From positions 12,252-76,251 of the IMG/VR virus record IMGVR_UViG_3300011989_000011: a stretch of DNA of 64,000 bases. The stretch is one strand, 5' to 3'. Below the pieces are notes generated by a model. That model saw only the letters and a list, made by a program, of their open reading frames with translations. It was not told the origin of the DNA and ran no database searches. The translations under genes were made by a program, and so were the position numbers. This DNA comes from a virus. Lineage: Duplodnaviria > Caudoviricetes. Positions 9,460 to 19,197 of the stretch are shown here, piece after piece; the first letter of the stretch is position 1, and each line of letters begins with the position of its first letter.

Positions 9460-9564
9460 TTAATTGGAAATCAAGAAATTAACGAGGTAAATATTTGGTC
9501 AATCCGTAAAAAATGACTACCTTTACAATGTAATTAAGAAACATATTAAACTTTAAGAGCAATG
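9456..9564 (+). promoter_or_regulatory. Repeated promoter cassette, copy 2
   Basis: Palindrome 9456-9482; TTTG 9494; core 9508-9543; TAAGAGCAATG 9554. Confidence 0.85.
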
Positions 9565-10002
9565 GAAAAGCGGACTGAAATTAAGACATTACAGAGCCTC
9601 AAAGGTGACACCTATTTCGCAGATACCTTTTCGGCATCCACAATCGACAAGATGTGCGAGAATATCAAGAACGATTTCCCGATTCTTCTGAACACCGAGT
9701 ATGAGTCTAAGCAGAACAAGAAGGTCGAAATGCTTGAAAAGCAGGTCCACGACCTCAAGCAGAAACTCGAAGATCAGAAAGCAGACTACGAAGGTCAGCT
9801 TGACCGAATGAACAGCACCGCCATTCAGCACATGAACGAGTTCGGCGAGAAGATAGTCTCTTTCATGGGCGATGTTAATGAACCCTTCTACGATGTAGTC
9901 GAGGAGGAGTTCGGAATCGCTTTCATAATCAAGGCGAAGCACAAGAACAACATCCTTCTCACAGAGGATGAGATCGACTACTTAGTCAAGAACTTGAAAT
10001 AA
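9562..10002 (+). CDS. Hypothetical coiled-coil protein
   Basis: 146 aa with heptad-like central region. Confidence 0.6.
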   Translation: MEKRTEIKTLQSLKGDTYFADTFSASTIDKMCENIKNDFPILLNTEYESKQNKKVEMLEKQVHDLKQKLEDQKADYEGQLDRMNSTAIQHMNEFGEKIVSFMGDVNEPFYDVVEEEFGIAFIIKAKHKNNILLTEDEIDYLVKNLK

Positions 10003-10046
10003 AGGTAACGGGCGAGCCAACCACTCGCCCACAAAGAATAAGTTTT

Positions 10047-10298
10047 ATGTGGAATACGAAAATGAGTGATGGAGTTCTGTACACACACGATGTTACAGAC
10101 GAGGTTGTAAAGAAGATTCACGAGCAGATGGATGTCAATAAGGTTGCTATCGTCTACAACACCCACGAGACGTTTTACGGGTGGGATTTCGAGAACGACC
10201 TTCACAGAGCACTCAAAGACGATGGCTACGACATCAAGTGCGTGGAGTTGGATTGCAAAGAGGGCTTCCCCAAGAAGTTCGTGATAACAAAGAAGTAA
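10047..10298 (+). CDS. Hypothetical protein
   Basis: 83-aa ORF between two stem-loops. Confidence 0.6.
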   Translation: MWNTKMSDGVLYTHDVTDEVVKKIHEQMDVNKVAIVYNTHETFYGWDFENDLHRALKDDGYDIKCVELDCKEGFPKKFVITKK

Positions 10299-10340
10299 AA
10301 GGTAACGGAGGGCTAACCACCCTCCCTAAAGATAAGAGCA

Positions 10341-11186
10341 ATGGAAAAGATAGATTTAGCATCAGTCGAGAAGAAGTCATTCGAATTGGCTACTGAGAAG
10401 ATCAGCAAGACGGAGGATATGACTATAGACAAAGCCAAGAGGCACATCGAGATTATGGAGTTATCAATGGGCGATAACGATGCCTACGATGCGGTTGCCA
10501 AGGGTAACATCAGAGCCTACCAGTTATTCATCACCGAGCAAGAGCCAAAGATAGAGCAGCAGAAAGAGGAGGCCCGTAAGAAGCAGCCGGTCTACTACAT
10601 CGCCAATGGTGGTGGCTGCGATTGCTTTGACTACTACGGGTGGGATACAGAGGTCAAAGAGCTTCGTACCGCTTTCGTTGATTGGGATAGCGGTAGAGGT
10701 GCAGAAATGATGCCGGATTGGGATAATAACGACATCTGCAATATGCCTAAGAGTTGCGAGAAAGACTTCAAGGAGTTCTGCGCCAAATATTTCTCAGAGA
10801 AGTACGGAGCCGTTGCAGGCTTCTTCGATGATTATAAAGGTAAGATGAAAGTTCCTTGCAGAGTAACCACTGGCCGTAAGTTCAAAGGAGAAGGCATCCT
10901 CACTCACTTCACTGAGAAGAAGTATAGAGATTATAGCGGTTATCTCCATATCTCCACTACTGCCCACATCGTAGACGACTACGGAGTAGAGCAGACTGCG
11001 GTAGCCACAAGGGTGGAGATTTCCCATGACGTTCAGCAGCGAGTTATCCGTAAGGGCATCATGAATATGTCACTTGCTGATCTGAAGGATTTGTTTTACG
11101 GAATCCTTTGGCACTTCGGGAGATACCAATCTGATACCTATCCCAAGATTATCAAGGCGGCATTCAAGGACTTAAATGAGGAATAA
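10341..11186 (+). CDS. Hypothetical protein
   Basis: 281-aa ORF with TAAGAGCAATG start. Confidence 0.65.
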   Translation: MEKIDLASVEKKSFELATEKISKTEDMTIDKAKRHIEIMELSMGDNDAYDAVAKGNIRAYQLFITEQEPKIEQQKEEARKKQPVYYIANGGGCDCFDYYGWDTEVKELRTAFVDWDSGRGAEMMPDWDNNDICNMPKSCEKDFKEFCAKYFSEKYGAVAGFFDDYKGKMKVPCRVTTGRKFKGEGILTHFTEKKYRDYSGYLHISTTAHIVDDYGVEQTAVATRVEISHDVQQRVIRKGIMNMSLADLKDLFYGILWHFGRYQSDTYPKIIKAAFKDLNEE

Positions 11187-11188
11187 GC

Positions 11189-11692
11189 ATGGAAAAAGTA
11201 TTCATCTACGGGAACAAGAATAACCCCGAAGGAGTAAAGAAAGCGTTGGAAAGGCATGGAGTTGATTGCTCCACCCCTTTCCAAGAGAGTTTCAGAAAAG
11301 CGTTGGCTGACCCTCACACTATTCTCTTTAATGGTACTGACGCTTACGGCAAGCCCGGCCACGTAGGTTGGTATAAGGATGATAACCTTGCTTGCGTACC
11401 TATGGTATACCATGAAGAAGGTTGGATTCAGATTTTCCCAAGCAAGAAAGAGAAGTTCGTTGACCTCAATAGAATGTGGCGGCCAATGGGTTCGGAGCCT
11501 ATCGACTTCACTGATGATAAGAAGATGGTGACGTTCATCCTTTGGGATGGCAATGAAGACTATCCGAAAGTGAGTGTGATGTATTGCAATAAGAGTGCGT
11601 TTCACCTGCTCTTTGTTCAAGGTCAATATCAGTATTGGGCTTATATGAAGGACTTCATTCCTCATAAGGCTGATTTAAGCAGTGGAATATGA
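11189..11692 (+). CDS. Hypothetical protein
   Basis: 167-aa ORF. Confidence 0.6.
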   Translation: MEKVFIYGNKNNPEGVKKALERHGVDCSTPFQESFRKALADPHTILFNGTDAYGKPGHVGWYKDDNLACVPMVYHEEGWIQIFPSKKEKFVDLNRMWRPMGSEPIDFTDDKKMVTFILWDGNEDYPKVSVMYCNKSAFHLLFVQGQYQYWAYMKDFIPHKADLSSGI

Positions 11693-11904
11693 GCGGATTT
11701 AGAACCTACCCTACTATCCTTACATTCGATAGTGGTGAATCATTAGAAGCCGAAATATCGGTACCTACAAAGGCTTACACGATGGATCAGTTGGAGAGGA
11801 CTATCATCAATAAGATAAATACTAATACCCCCCCCACGTGTTCAAAGATAACGAGAGTTAAAATTTTCAGAAACTACATCGAAGGTAGTTTGTTAAACAA
11901 GTAA
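11689..11904 (+). CDS. Hypothetical protein
   Basis: 71-aa coupled ORF. Confidence 0.5.
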   Translation: MSGFRTYPTILTFDSGESLEAEISVPTKAYTMDQLERTIINKINTNTPPTCSKITRVKIFRNYIEGSLLNK

Positions 11905-11909
11905 TAGCC

Positions 11910-12146
11910 ATGAAGAAAGAAATGATTGAGTACGCAAAGCAATGGATAGAGCAAGGCAAGCCATGTTGCTACAGATATGGTTGGGGTTGGAAAGGTGCAA
12001 GCGCACGCCAACTCAGCAAGGAAGAAGCATTGAAGAAGTTACCTTCATATAGCTTCGGAAAAGGTTTCTATAGCTTATCATTCATCAAGGTTAACGGAGT
12101 AGAGACCTTGGAGTTTAACGAGTTGTCGGAAAACGATATGTGGTAA
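11910..12146 (+). CDS. Hypothetical protein
   Basis: 78-aa ORF, last gene of the early block. Confidence 0.55.
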   Translation: MKKEMIEYAKQWIEQGKPCCYRYGWGWKGASARQLSKEEALKKLPSYSFGKGFYSLSFIKVNGVETLEFNELSENDMW

Positions 12147-12267
12147 CAGATTAAGAAATGGAATCGTAGAAGAATTACCGCCGTGAGGCGTTCATTGCTC
12201 AGAGGAGCAGTTTCTTAATTAGTTTGTGGGAAAAACATTCTGAGACGAAAAATATTTGTTAAAAGTG

Positions 12268-12298
12268 TTTGAGTTTCAAATGTTTTTCCCTATTTTTG
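12268..12298 (+). promoter_or_regulatory. Bacteroidales sigma70-type promoter for portal/MuF
   Basis: TTTG 12268, 19 nt, TATTTTTG 12291 (consensus TAnnTTTG). Confidence 0.75.
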
Positions 12299-12324
12299 TG
12301 GGCAGAAATTAGTGCGCACAATAT

Positions 12325-13776
12325 ATGAAAAAGTTAAGTGAGATATTAGACCGTACCCGTCCTGTCGGAGAGATTATCTCTGATTTGGAGCAGAAGTCTA
12401 CTAAGCCGTTTTCATGGAAGAAGTTCAAGAAGGATTATTATGCTGAGAACCACCGCATAGCAGGTGACGAGTGGGGCAAGATAGACCACATCCATGAAGA
12501 CGGTACGATAGACTTTGCAGCACGTCTTCCCTTACCTATTGAGCAGTTGCTTATCAATCACCTCAATGACTTCATGCACGCTAATCCCGTCAAGAGGGAA
12601 TACTATGGCGTGGATGGCAATGAGACAAGGCAGCAGATAGTAACTGCAATCGAGAGAATATACGAGGGTGCTGACATTGATATTGTCAACATGGAGCGTG
12701 GTTTGGCTTACTTCGCTTCGGGTGAAGTGCTTACCATTTGGTATGCAGTGAAGAAAGAGAATGACGATTATGGATTCCATTCTCAGTACAAGCTAAAGTG
12801 CAAGGTCTATTCTCCTATGGAGGATGATTGCGAGTTATACCCATTGATGGACGAGAACGGTGATCTGATAGCTTTGTCTTTCAAGTATAAGAAGCGTGTC
12901 AAGGATGCGGATGTCTACTACTTTGAGTGCTATACTGCCGACAAGCATTACAAGTGGCACCAAGGCGATGTATCTCAGTGGACCGATGATATTTTCTACA
13001 CCGATGGAGAGGGTAACACTACCTATGGCGATGATATCATCTTAGGTAAGATCCCCGGCATCTACGCTTACAAGAAAGACCCGTCTGTCGCTTATGGTAC
13101 GAGCGAGCTCAGAAACGATATTGAGTATAAGACAGCCGGAGAAGCTGATACGGTAGCCTACAACTTTGCTCCTATCCTCGAAGTCAAGGGTGGCATCAAA
13201 GGCGATGAGAAGAAAGGCGAGACACGAAGGGTCATGAAGGTATCTGAGAACGGAGGTATCAACTACGTGTCTTGGAATGGCTCTACCGATGCAGTCAAGA
13301 ACCACTACGCTATCACGAAGGAGTTGATATTCATGATTAACCAAATGCCGGATATCTCCTTTGATAACATGAAGTCGTTGGGCAACATAGGTTACGATGC
13401 GAGGGTTATGATGTTCACCGATACCATCCTCAGAGTTAAGCGTGAGAGCAAGCCGTTGCTTCAAGCCTACAGACGAGAGGGAAACGTTATCAAGGCTTTC
13501 CTCAAACTGATGAACGTTGATTGGGCCTCGGAGATTGACAAGATTTGGATTAAGCACTCAATAGACATCTACATCCCGAAGGATGAGAGCGCAGAGATTG
13601 ACAAGCGTATGAAAGCCAACGGAGGTAAGCCTATCGAAAGTCAGCTTGAATCCATCCAACGTTATGGTCGAAGCAAAGACCCACAAGCCACCCTCGATGC
13701 TATCAGAAAAGAACAAGAGGATTCGCTTGGAAACACGATTAACTCATTACTCAGCAAGAGTCAAGAAAAAGAATAG
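12325..13776 (+). CDS. Portal protein (SPP1-like)
   Basis: 483 aa, upstream of MuF; resembles Bacteroidales SPP1-type portals (KCKVYSPM, YNFAPILEVKG). Confidence 0.75.
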   Translation: MKKLSEILDRTRPVGEIISDLEQKSTKPFSWKKFKKDYYAENHRIAGDEWGKIDHIHEDGTIDFAARLPLPIEQLLINHLNDFMHANPVKREYYGVDGNETRQQIVTAIERIYEGADIDIVNMERGLAYFASGEVLTIWYAVKKENDDYGFHSQYKLKCKVYSPMEDDCELYPLMDENGDLIALSFKYKKRVKDADVYYFECYTADKHYKWHQGDVSQWTDDIFYTDGEGNTTYGDDIILGKIPGIYAYKKDPSVAYGTSELRNDIEYKTAGEADTVAYNFAPILEVKGGIKGDEKKGETRRVMKVSENGGINYVSWNGSTDAVKNHYAITKELIFMINQMPDISFDNMKSLGNIGYDARVMMFTDTILRVKRESKPLLQAYRREGNVIKAFLKLMNVDWASEIDKIWIKHSIDIYIPKDESAEIDKRMKANGGKPIESQLESIQRYGRSKDPQATLDAIRKEQEDSLGNTINSLLSKSQEKE

Positions 13777-13779
13777 CTT

Positions 13780-14160
13780 ATGAAAGAGAAAGTAGCACAC
13801 TGGCTTATCCGTTTAGCCGAATGGATCTGCCCCACTATCAACCCCGTTGCCGATGCGTGGGGCGTGCCTAAGAAATTAGGCTTATGCTACCATGTGGATA
13901 AGAAAGACATCAGAAAGTATCATAAGAAGCATCCCGAGTTCCATTCCTTTTCAGCAGCAAAGAGAGCGTTGATGAAGGAGTGTATGAGCAATATCGGTGC
14001 CACCATAGCAGGTACATTGGCTAACGAGCACCTCATCCATTACGAAACAAAGGTAGGCATGAACGATGCCACCATAAGCGGTTATATCGGTATCTATGTC
14101 AGCAAAAAGAAGGCTTCCAAAATCGACCAAAGGGCAGAAGCAGATAGGCAATCATATTGA
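13780..14160 (+). CDS. Hypothetical protein
   Basis: 126-aa ORF. Confidence 0.55.
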   Translation: MKEKVAHWLIRLAEWICPTINPVADAWGVPKKLGLCYHVDKKDIRKYHKKHPEFHSFSAAKRALMKECMSNIGATIAGTLANEHLIHYETKVGMNDATISGYIGIYVSKKKASKIDQRAEADRQSY

Positions 14161-14287
14161 TTGTAAGTATTCCTACGATCCGCACCACCCATCCCTACGT
14201 GGAGAGCCTACGCTTGTTAGGTGTAAGTTCAGAGAGTGGTGCGAGGTAGCGCACTCCCCCGGCTGCGAGAAATTCGAGTGGAAATGA
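14096..14287 (+). CDS. Small Cys-rich hypothetical protein
   Basis: 63 aa, four Cys; start uncertain. Confidence 0.4.
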   Translation: MSAKRRLPKSTKGQKQIGNHIDCKYSYDPHHPSLRGEPTLVRCKFREWCEVAHSPGCEKFEWK

Positions 14288-14517
14288 AGCATTATCACGA
14301 TAAGAGACCGAGACCCCATGCCTTGGCACCGAGAGAACATTATAGCAAGAAGAATGGTTCGTGGAAACCTAAGATGGCTTTCGAGAATGAGGCGAGCTGT
14401 CACAACTACATCGAACAACACTCATACTTCAAGAAGAATGGCTATGTAGGTTATCTGTGTTCGGTCTGCAATAAGTGGCACATAGGAAAGAAGATTGATC
14501 TGAATGGCAAGCCCTAA
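14284..14517 (+). CDS. Small putative Zn-binding protein
   Basis: YLCSVCNKWHIG motif; ATGA coupling at 14284. Confidence 0.55.
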   Translation: MKHYHDKRPRPHALAPREHYSKKNGSWKPKMAFENEASCHNYIEQHSYFKKNGYVGYLCSVCNKWHIGKKIDLNGKP

Positions 14518-17500
14518 GATTCCAAATCAGAAAAGTAAGTACGATGCGTTGAACATACGCTTGGCAAAGTATGTCGCTTTGATTCAGTCTGTCTACGATA
14601 CGCTGAATAACGAAGCGGCACAGATTGCCATGCGCACGGGTTATGATGGCGAGAAGGAGTTCAAGTTCTCTGACTATCCCCAAACCAAGGAATCCGTTTT
14701 GCAATTACAGAAAGACTACGCTCAGTCTCTTTCTTCAATCATCTATAGCGGTACGTCTGAGGAATGGAAGAATAGCAATCTCATCCAAGACTTGATAGCG
14801 AGGAACGCTATAAACTTCTACACCTCCACCCACAACGGGAAGAAGAATAAGGTCTACTACCAAGTAAATAGCGATGCGCTCAAAGCCTTTCAGCAAAGGG
14901 TAGACAAAGGCATGAACCTCTCTCAGAAAGTGTGGGATCAGTCGGGTAACTACAAGCAAGAGCTTGAATACGCTATCTCTACTGCCATTGAGAAAGGCAC
15001 GAGTGCAGTCACTCTCTCCAAGCAGATTAGTAAATATCTGAATGACTTTCCCAAACTCCAAAAGGATTATTCTGAGAAGTATGGAAAAGCAGTTGATTGC
15101 CACGATTGCGAGTATAGGAGTATGCGCCTTGCACGGAGTGAGATAAACATGGCTTACAGACGTGCGGAGGAGTTACGTTGGCAACAGATGGATTTCGTTA
15201 TCGGCAAGGAGATAAAGCTAAGCAAACGTCATGAGCCTCATTCTGACATCTGTGATGATTTGGCGGGTAAATATCCAAAGGATTTCGATTGGACAGGATG
15301 GCACCCGAATGATATGTGCTACGTCATTCCTATCCTCAAATCAGAGAAAGAGTTTTGGGCTGATGAGGATGCGCCGGACTTCGATCAGACCAAACCGATT
15401 AGCGAGTTCCCTAAAGGCTTCAATGAGTACGTTGGTAGGAATTTGGAAAAGTTCGCTTCCGCCAACGCAAGGGGTACGTTGAGCTATTGGCTCAAAGATA
15501 ACGATGATGTCCGTGGATGCGTCTTACTTATGGGAAAGGCTAAGAAGGTCGGTGATGCAGTCGAGAATATTGCTCAGACTATTGCCAACGAACGTGGCGC
15601 CAAGATGTCGGCTATCAGCTATAAGGACTTCAATACCCTCTACAGAAAGGTTACGAGTGTTGAGAATGGAGTGAAGATAGGCGTTGATGGTATCACAGAT
15701 AGCGTAAGTGCTACTATCTTTAGCGAGAAGGATTTGGATGCTATCATCAAAGACCTTGCTAAAGATTCCCATTGGCTCAGAACCAAGGTCCAAGTCGGAG
15801 AGAACTTCTACGGATATAGTGGCAACATCATCAATCTGAAAATGGATAACGGAGTGGTCGCTGAGATACAAGTGAACACTCCTAAGATGATTTATGCCAA
15901 AGAGACCGAACCCAACGCACGTAAGATTTTGGGTGATGAGCTATATGATAAGATTGCCAAAGAGACAGGGCTTGAAGGTGGATTAGGCGGTAAGCTATAC
16001 GAGCAGATCAGAACCCTCGACAAGATTAAGGATGTTGATAAGCTAAAGGAGCTGAGTCAGCAATCGTTGGATTATTATGCTCGTTTCCAACCAAAGGTAA
16101 AGAAAGTAAAGTCTTCCGTGCAAAAGGAGTCCATTCAGTACGCTTGGAACCTTAGAAAGTTGGATAAGACTGATAGGGAGCTTTTTGAACAGATTATGAA
16201 CTACGGAAAGCCTGCAGGCGTTGATCCGTGGTCTTTCTACGATGAGCTAAAAAGAAGTGACTTTGACAAGGTAAAAGAAGAATTTCTTGACAAGATGTAT
16301 CTCGATGCTTATGGCAAGATTGAGGATTATAGAAAGGAATATAAGAAGATATTCTCTGAAATCGGAGATAGGGTCTACAACTCTCCATTCTACCATACAG
16401 ACGAGTTTGAGCATCTTGTTTCGAGGTATCGTAGTTTGCCGAGTTATATTGACACTACAGACTATACGAATGTAGCTAACGAGCTATTGGACGATATTAA
16501 GAAGTTCGAGAAGGAACATTCAAAAACTCCATTAGTGCCAAAGGAAACGTGGAGATACTACAATACCCCCACCATCAATATGCAGAAACTTGCAACGGGA
16601 GACACCAACCTTGCAGTTCTGTATCGTAATAGAATGCAAGTTATTAAAGGCTCAAACGTAATGAAAATAGATAAGTTTGACCTTCAAAAGCATTGTGATG
16701 AACTCGGCAAGATATATGATACGGGCAAAGATAAAGATTTTGAAGCAGTTAGCTTTTGGAAATGGTATAATAGTGATGGCGGAGCTTATTGGGATATGGT
16801 GGACCACTATCACGAATTAGCCAATGCTAAAGATTTGAATAAAATTCCGAGACGTTGGAGAAGCGAGTATAATGCTTGCCTTATGCGTTTGGATGCTAAA
16901 AGCATTGCAATGGATGGTCTGTATCAGTACTATGAAGAAGTAGAGCATGCTTACAACATCTATAAGCTATCTACAATGCAAGAGTGTATTGATTTCGGAT
17001 TGGATAAATTGTCTTCTAAGACACCTTGGAATTTGTGCAAGATATATGTCGACAACAGAATACCACTGAAGGAATTACCGCTGAAGGGTTTCTTTGATAA
17101 GGAGAAGAATTTCTATCCTTTGTATGATAGGTTAGTGAAAGATGATTTCGATGTGTTCACTGATGCCTATTGCCATTACGGATATCATCATGTCTGTATT
17201 AATAAGAAGTATTTTGGAATCAACGGAAGGGCATACCAAAGTAGCTATGAGAGAAAGAATGTTATCTATCATGAATACGGGCACGCGATGGACTTCAGTC
17301 GAAGGACGCAAGCTATAGAGGAAACATTTGATAAGTTTGCCAAAGAATTAAACGATTCCAAGGAAGAGAAGATCAGACAAAAATTTTGGAAGGAGTTTGA
17401 TGATGCCACGCAGAAGGCTGAAACGAAAAGAGACGAGAAAGATGTTGAAGAACAAACAATCGCACTGTCTGATGTTATACAAGCTATGCTTGATACCCAC

Positions 17501-17674
17501 GAGAGGTGGTATGGTGGGCATAAAAATGGCTATTTCGATAGTAAAGAAGCTCAATACGATGAGTTTGTTGCCCATATAAGTGAGAACTATTGGTATAGTA
17601 ATCCTATATTCAAGAAAGTGTGGCCGGAGTTATATTCTGCCATGTATAAATGCGCATTACAATTCTTCAAATAA
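14504..17674 (+). CDS. MuF/SPP1-gp7-like minor head protein with RelA/SpoT-like synthetase and HExxH peptidase extensions (polymorphic toxin architecture)
   Basis: N-terminal RLARSEINMAY..ICDDLAGKYP..GWHPNDMC; middle KDFNTLYRK, TDSVSAT, GYSG, EIQVNT; C-terminal HEYGH..GH..YF..EFVAH. Confidence 0.82.
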   Translation: MASPKIPNQKSKYDALNIRLAKYVALIQSVYDTLNNEAAQIAMRTGYDGEKEFKFSDYPQTKESVLQLQKDYAQSLSSIIYSGTSEEWKNSNLIQDLIARNAINFYTSTHNGKKNKVYYQVNSDALKAFQQRVDKGMNLSQKVWDQSGNYKQELEYAISTAIEKGTSAVTLSKQISKYLNDFPKLQKDYSEKYGKAVDCHDCEYRSMRLARSEINMAYRRAEELRWQQMDFVIGKEIKLSKRHEPHSDICDDLAGKYPKDFDWTGWHPNDMCYVIPILKSEKEFWADEDAPDFDQTKPISEFPKGFNEYVGRNLEKFASANARGTLSYWLKDNDDVRGCVLLMGKAKKVGDAVENIAQTIANERGAKMSAISYKDFNTLYRKVTSVENGVKIGVDGITDSVSATIFSEKDLDAIIKDLAKDSHWLRTKVQVGENFYGYSGNIINLKMDNGVVAEIQVNTPKMIYAKETEPNARKILGDELYDKIAKETGLEGGLGGKLYEQIRTLDKIKDVDKLKELSQQSLDYYARFQPKVKKVKSSVQKESIQYAWNLRKLDKTDRELFEQIMNYGKPAGVDPWSFYDELKRSDFDKVKEEFLDKMYLDAYGKIEDYRKEYKKIFSEIGDRVYNSPFYHTDEFEHLVSRYRSLPSYIDTTDYTNVANELLDDIKKFEKEHSKTPLVPKETWRYYNTPTINMQKLATGDTNLAVLYRNRMQVIKGSNVMKIDKFDLQKHCDELGKIYDTGKDKDFEAVSFWKWYNSDGGAYWDMVDHYHELANAKDLNKIPRRWRSEYNACLMRLDAKSIAMDGLYQYYEEVEHAYNIYKLSTMQECIDFGLDKLSSKTPWNLCKIYVDNRIPLKELPLKGFFDKEKNFYPLYDRLVKDDFDVFTDAYCHYGYHHVCINKKYFGINGRAYQSSYERKNVIYHEYGHAMDFSRRTQAIEETFDKFAKELNDSKEEKIRQKFWKEFDDATQKAETKRDEKDVEEQTIALSDVIQAMLDTHERWYGGHKNGYFDSKEAQYDEFVAHISENYWYSNPIFKKVWPELYSAMYKCALQFFK

Positions 17675-17684
17675 GTTTGCAGTT

Positions 17685-17972
17685 ATGAAGTTAGAAAGCT
17701 ATCTAAAGATGTGCGGTGTAAGCACCGTAGACAAGTTATCAGACGAGCAGGTAATCAGTTACTTCACTAAGAACCTTGCTCCAAAACACTCAGCACAGAG
17801 TGTTGATCGTGCAGTTAATGGTGCATGGGATATTCCTCCCATGCGCAAGGAAGCTATGCCGTTACTCAGACAGGCGATGATTACGGGTCAGCGTTTCGTT
17901 TGCCATATCGTTGAATGTGGGGAGAATGGTGAAGGTACTACTCATTTCGAGTTAGGTCTGTCAGACTACTAA
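17685..17972 (+). CDS. Small protein directly after MuF; candidate immunity protein
   Basis: 95 aa starting 10 nt after the MuF stop; role inferred from position. Confidence 0.5.
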   Translation: MKLESYLKMCGVSTVDKLSDEQVISYFTKNLAPKHSAQSVDRAVNGAWDIPPMRKEAMPLLRQAMITGQRFVCHIVECGENGEGTTHFELGLSDY

Positions 17973-17985
17973 AAGTTAGTCAAAG

Positions 17986-18093
17986 TTAAATAATTGGTTA
18001 TCAGCAAATTAACGCTCGTAAAATTTGCATATCTCAGAAAAAATGACTACCTTTACATTGTAATTAAGAAACATATAAAATACGAGAACAATG
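17986..18093 (+). promoter_or_regulatory. Repeated promoter cassette, copy 3
   Basis: Palindrome 17986-18012; TTTG 18024; core 18038-18073. Confidence 0.85.
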
Positions 18094-18273
18094 AAAGCAG
18101 TCGTTACAACAGAAGAGTTAGCAAAGGTATTAGTTGCCTCCTATAAGTTAAACGCTGAAAAGCAGCATCAAGAAAGATGTAGTGCTTACAGAGTCCTCTT
18201 TGATGAGGACTTCTACAACGAAGCAGCAGATAAAGCCATAGATATTCTAATCAAGGAAAAGGGAAATAAGTAA
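18091..18273 (+). CDS. Hypothetical protein
   Basis: First ORF after cassette 3. Confidence 0.55.
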   Translation: MKAVVTTEELAKVLVASYKLNAEKQHQERCSAYRVLFDEDFYNEAADKAIDILIKEKGNK

Positions 18274-18314
18274 CTTTGTAATGTAATTAAGAAACAAACA
18301 AAGATTTAAGAGCA

Positions 18315-18533
18315 ATGAAAAAGATAAGTTATGATGATCTGCTGCAGGAAGCACGTATGCACTTCGGCATGGTACCTCAGTCAGTCAAAGACAAGATGCT
18401 GAATGAGGTCGAGAACGTCAACAAAGGTATGTGGGGTAACGACATTGAGTCGATTGTCACCAATCTGTACCTTGAAGCAGACGATACAGACGAGGAGGAA
18501 GTTTGCGAGACACAGAGTTTAATCAGACAGTAA
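18315..18533 (+). CDS. Hypothetical protein
   Basis: Preceded by a partial cassette TAACTTTG-TAATGTAATTAAGAAACA and TAAGAGCAATG. Confidence 0.6.
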   Translation: MKKISYDDLLQEARMHFGMVPQSVKDKMLNEVENVNKGMWGNDIESIVTNLYLEADDTDEEEVCETQSLIRQ

Positions 18534-18540
18534 GAAAGAT

Positions 18541-18774
18541 ATGGAACGTATGGAAATTCACGTCTACACTCGCAACGAGTTGGTAGACATTGCCAAGGGC
18601 AATCAGAAAGAGATTGACAAGTTAGAGAACGCTAAGCGCACTCCTTTCGGAGACTTCTGCTATCAAGAAGCCAAGAAGCGTTTGGCTCACTATCAGAGCC
18701 TCCTCGCAAAGTTCCCCGAAGATAAGGTGTTCTATCTTCACAAGGGTGAGATGGTAAAGATAACGGTACGATAA
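18541..18774 (+). CDS. Hypothetical protein
   Basis: 77-aa ORF. Confidence 0.55.
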   Translation: MERMEIHVYTRNELVDIAKGNQKEIDKLENAKRTPFGDFCYQEAKKRLAHYQSLLAKFPEDKVFYLHKGEMVKITVR

Positions 18775-18846
18775 GAACCGATGTAGGAAATGCTCGATTC
18801 TCATTTCTAAGTTGGAAATGAGTTTCGGGATTAAAGAAGAAAAGTC

Positions 18847-19197
18847 ATGAGATTCAATAGAAAAGAGATAGCAACGATATTGGAGATAGCTGCAACGGGT
18901 TCGCCTTGGATGCACATCAATGTATCCTACCTTGAAGAAGACAAGGTATCAGACCAAAGCCAAACGAGATATGAGAAGTTTGCGGAGGTCCTTACCAAAG
19001 GCGGTTGGTTGTTCTGCGATGATGATGAATCGAGCAAGCGATACATCTTCTACCTTACCGACTTGCAGAGAGGTTGGAAGAAGTTCAAAGAGGACTATCC
19101 AGAAGAAGCTGAGAGAATAGAAAACGAGGATGCTGATGCCAACGACTGCGACATCTACATGCAATACGTTTTGTTTGGAGAATACGTCTATGGATAA
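18847..19197 (+). CDS. Hypothetical acidic protein
   Basis: 116 aa ending CDIYMQYVLFGEYVYG. Confidence 0.6.
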   Translation: MRFNRKEIATILEIAATGSPWMHINVSYLEEDKVSDQSQTRYEKFAEVLTKGGWLFCDDDESSKRYIFYLTDLQRGWKKFKEDYPEEAERIENEDADANDCDIYMQYVLFGEYVYG

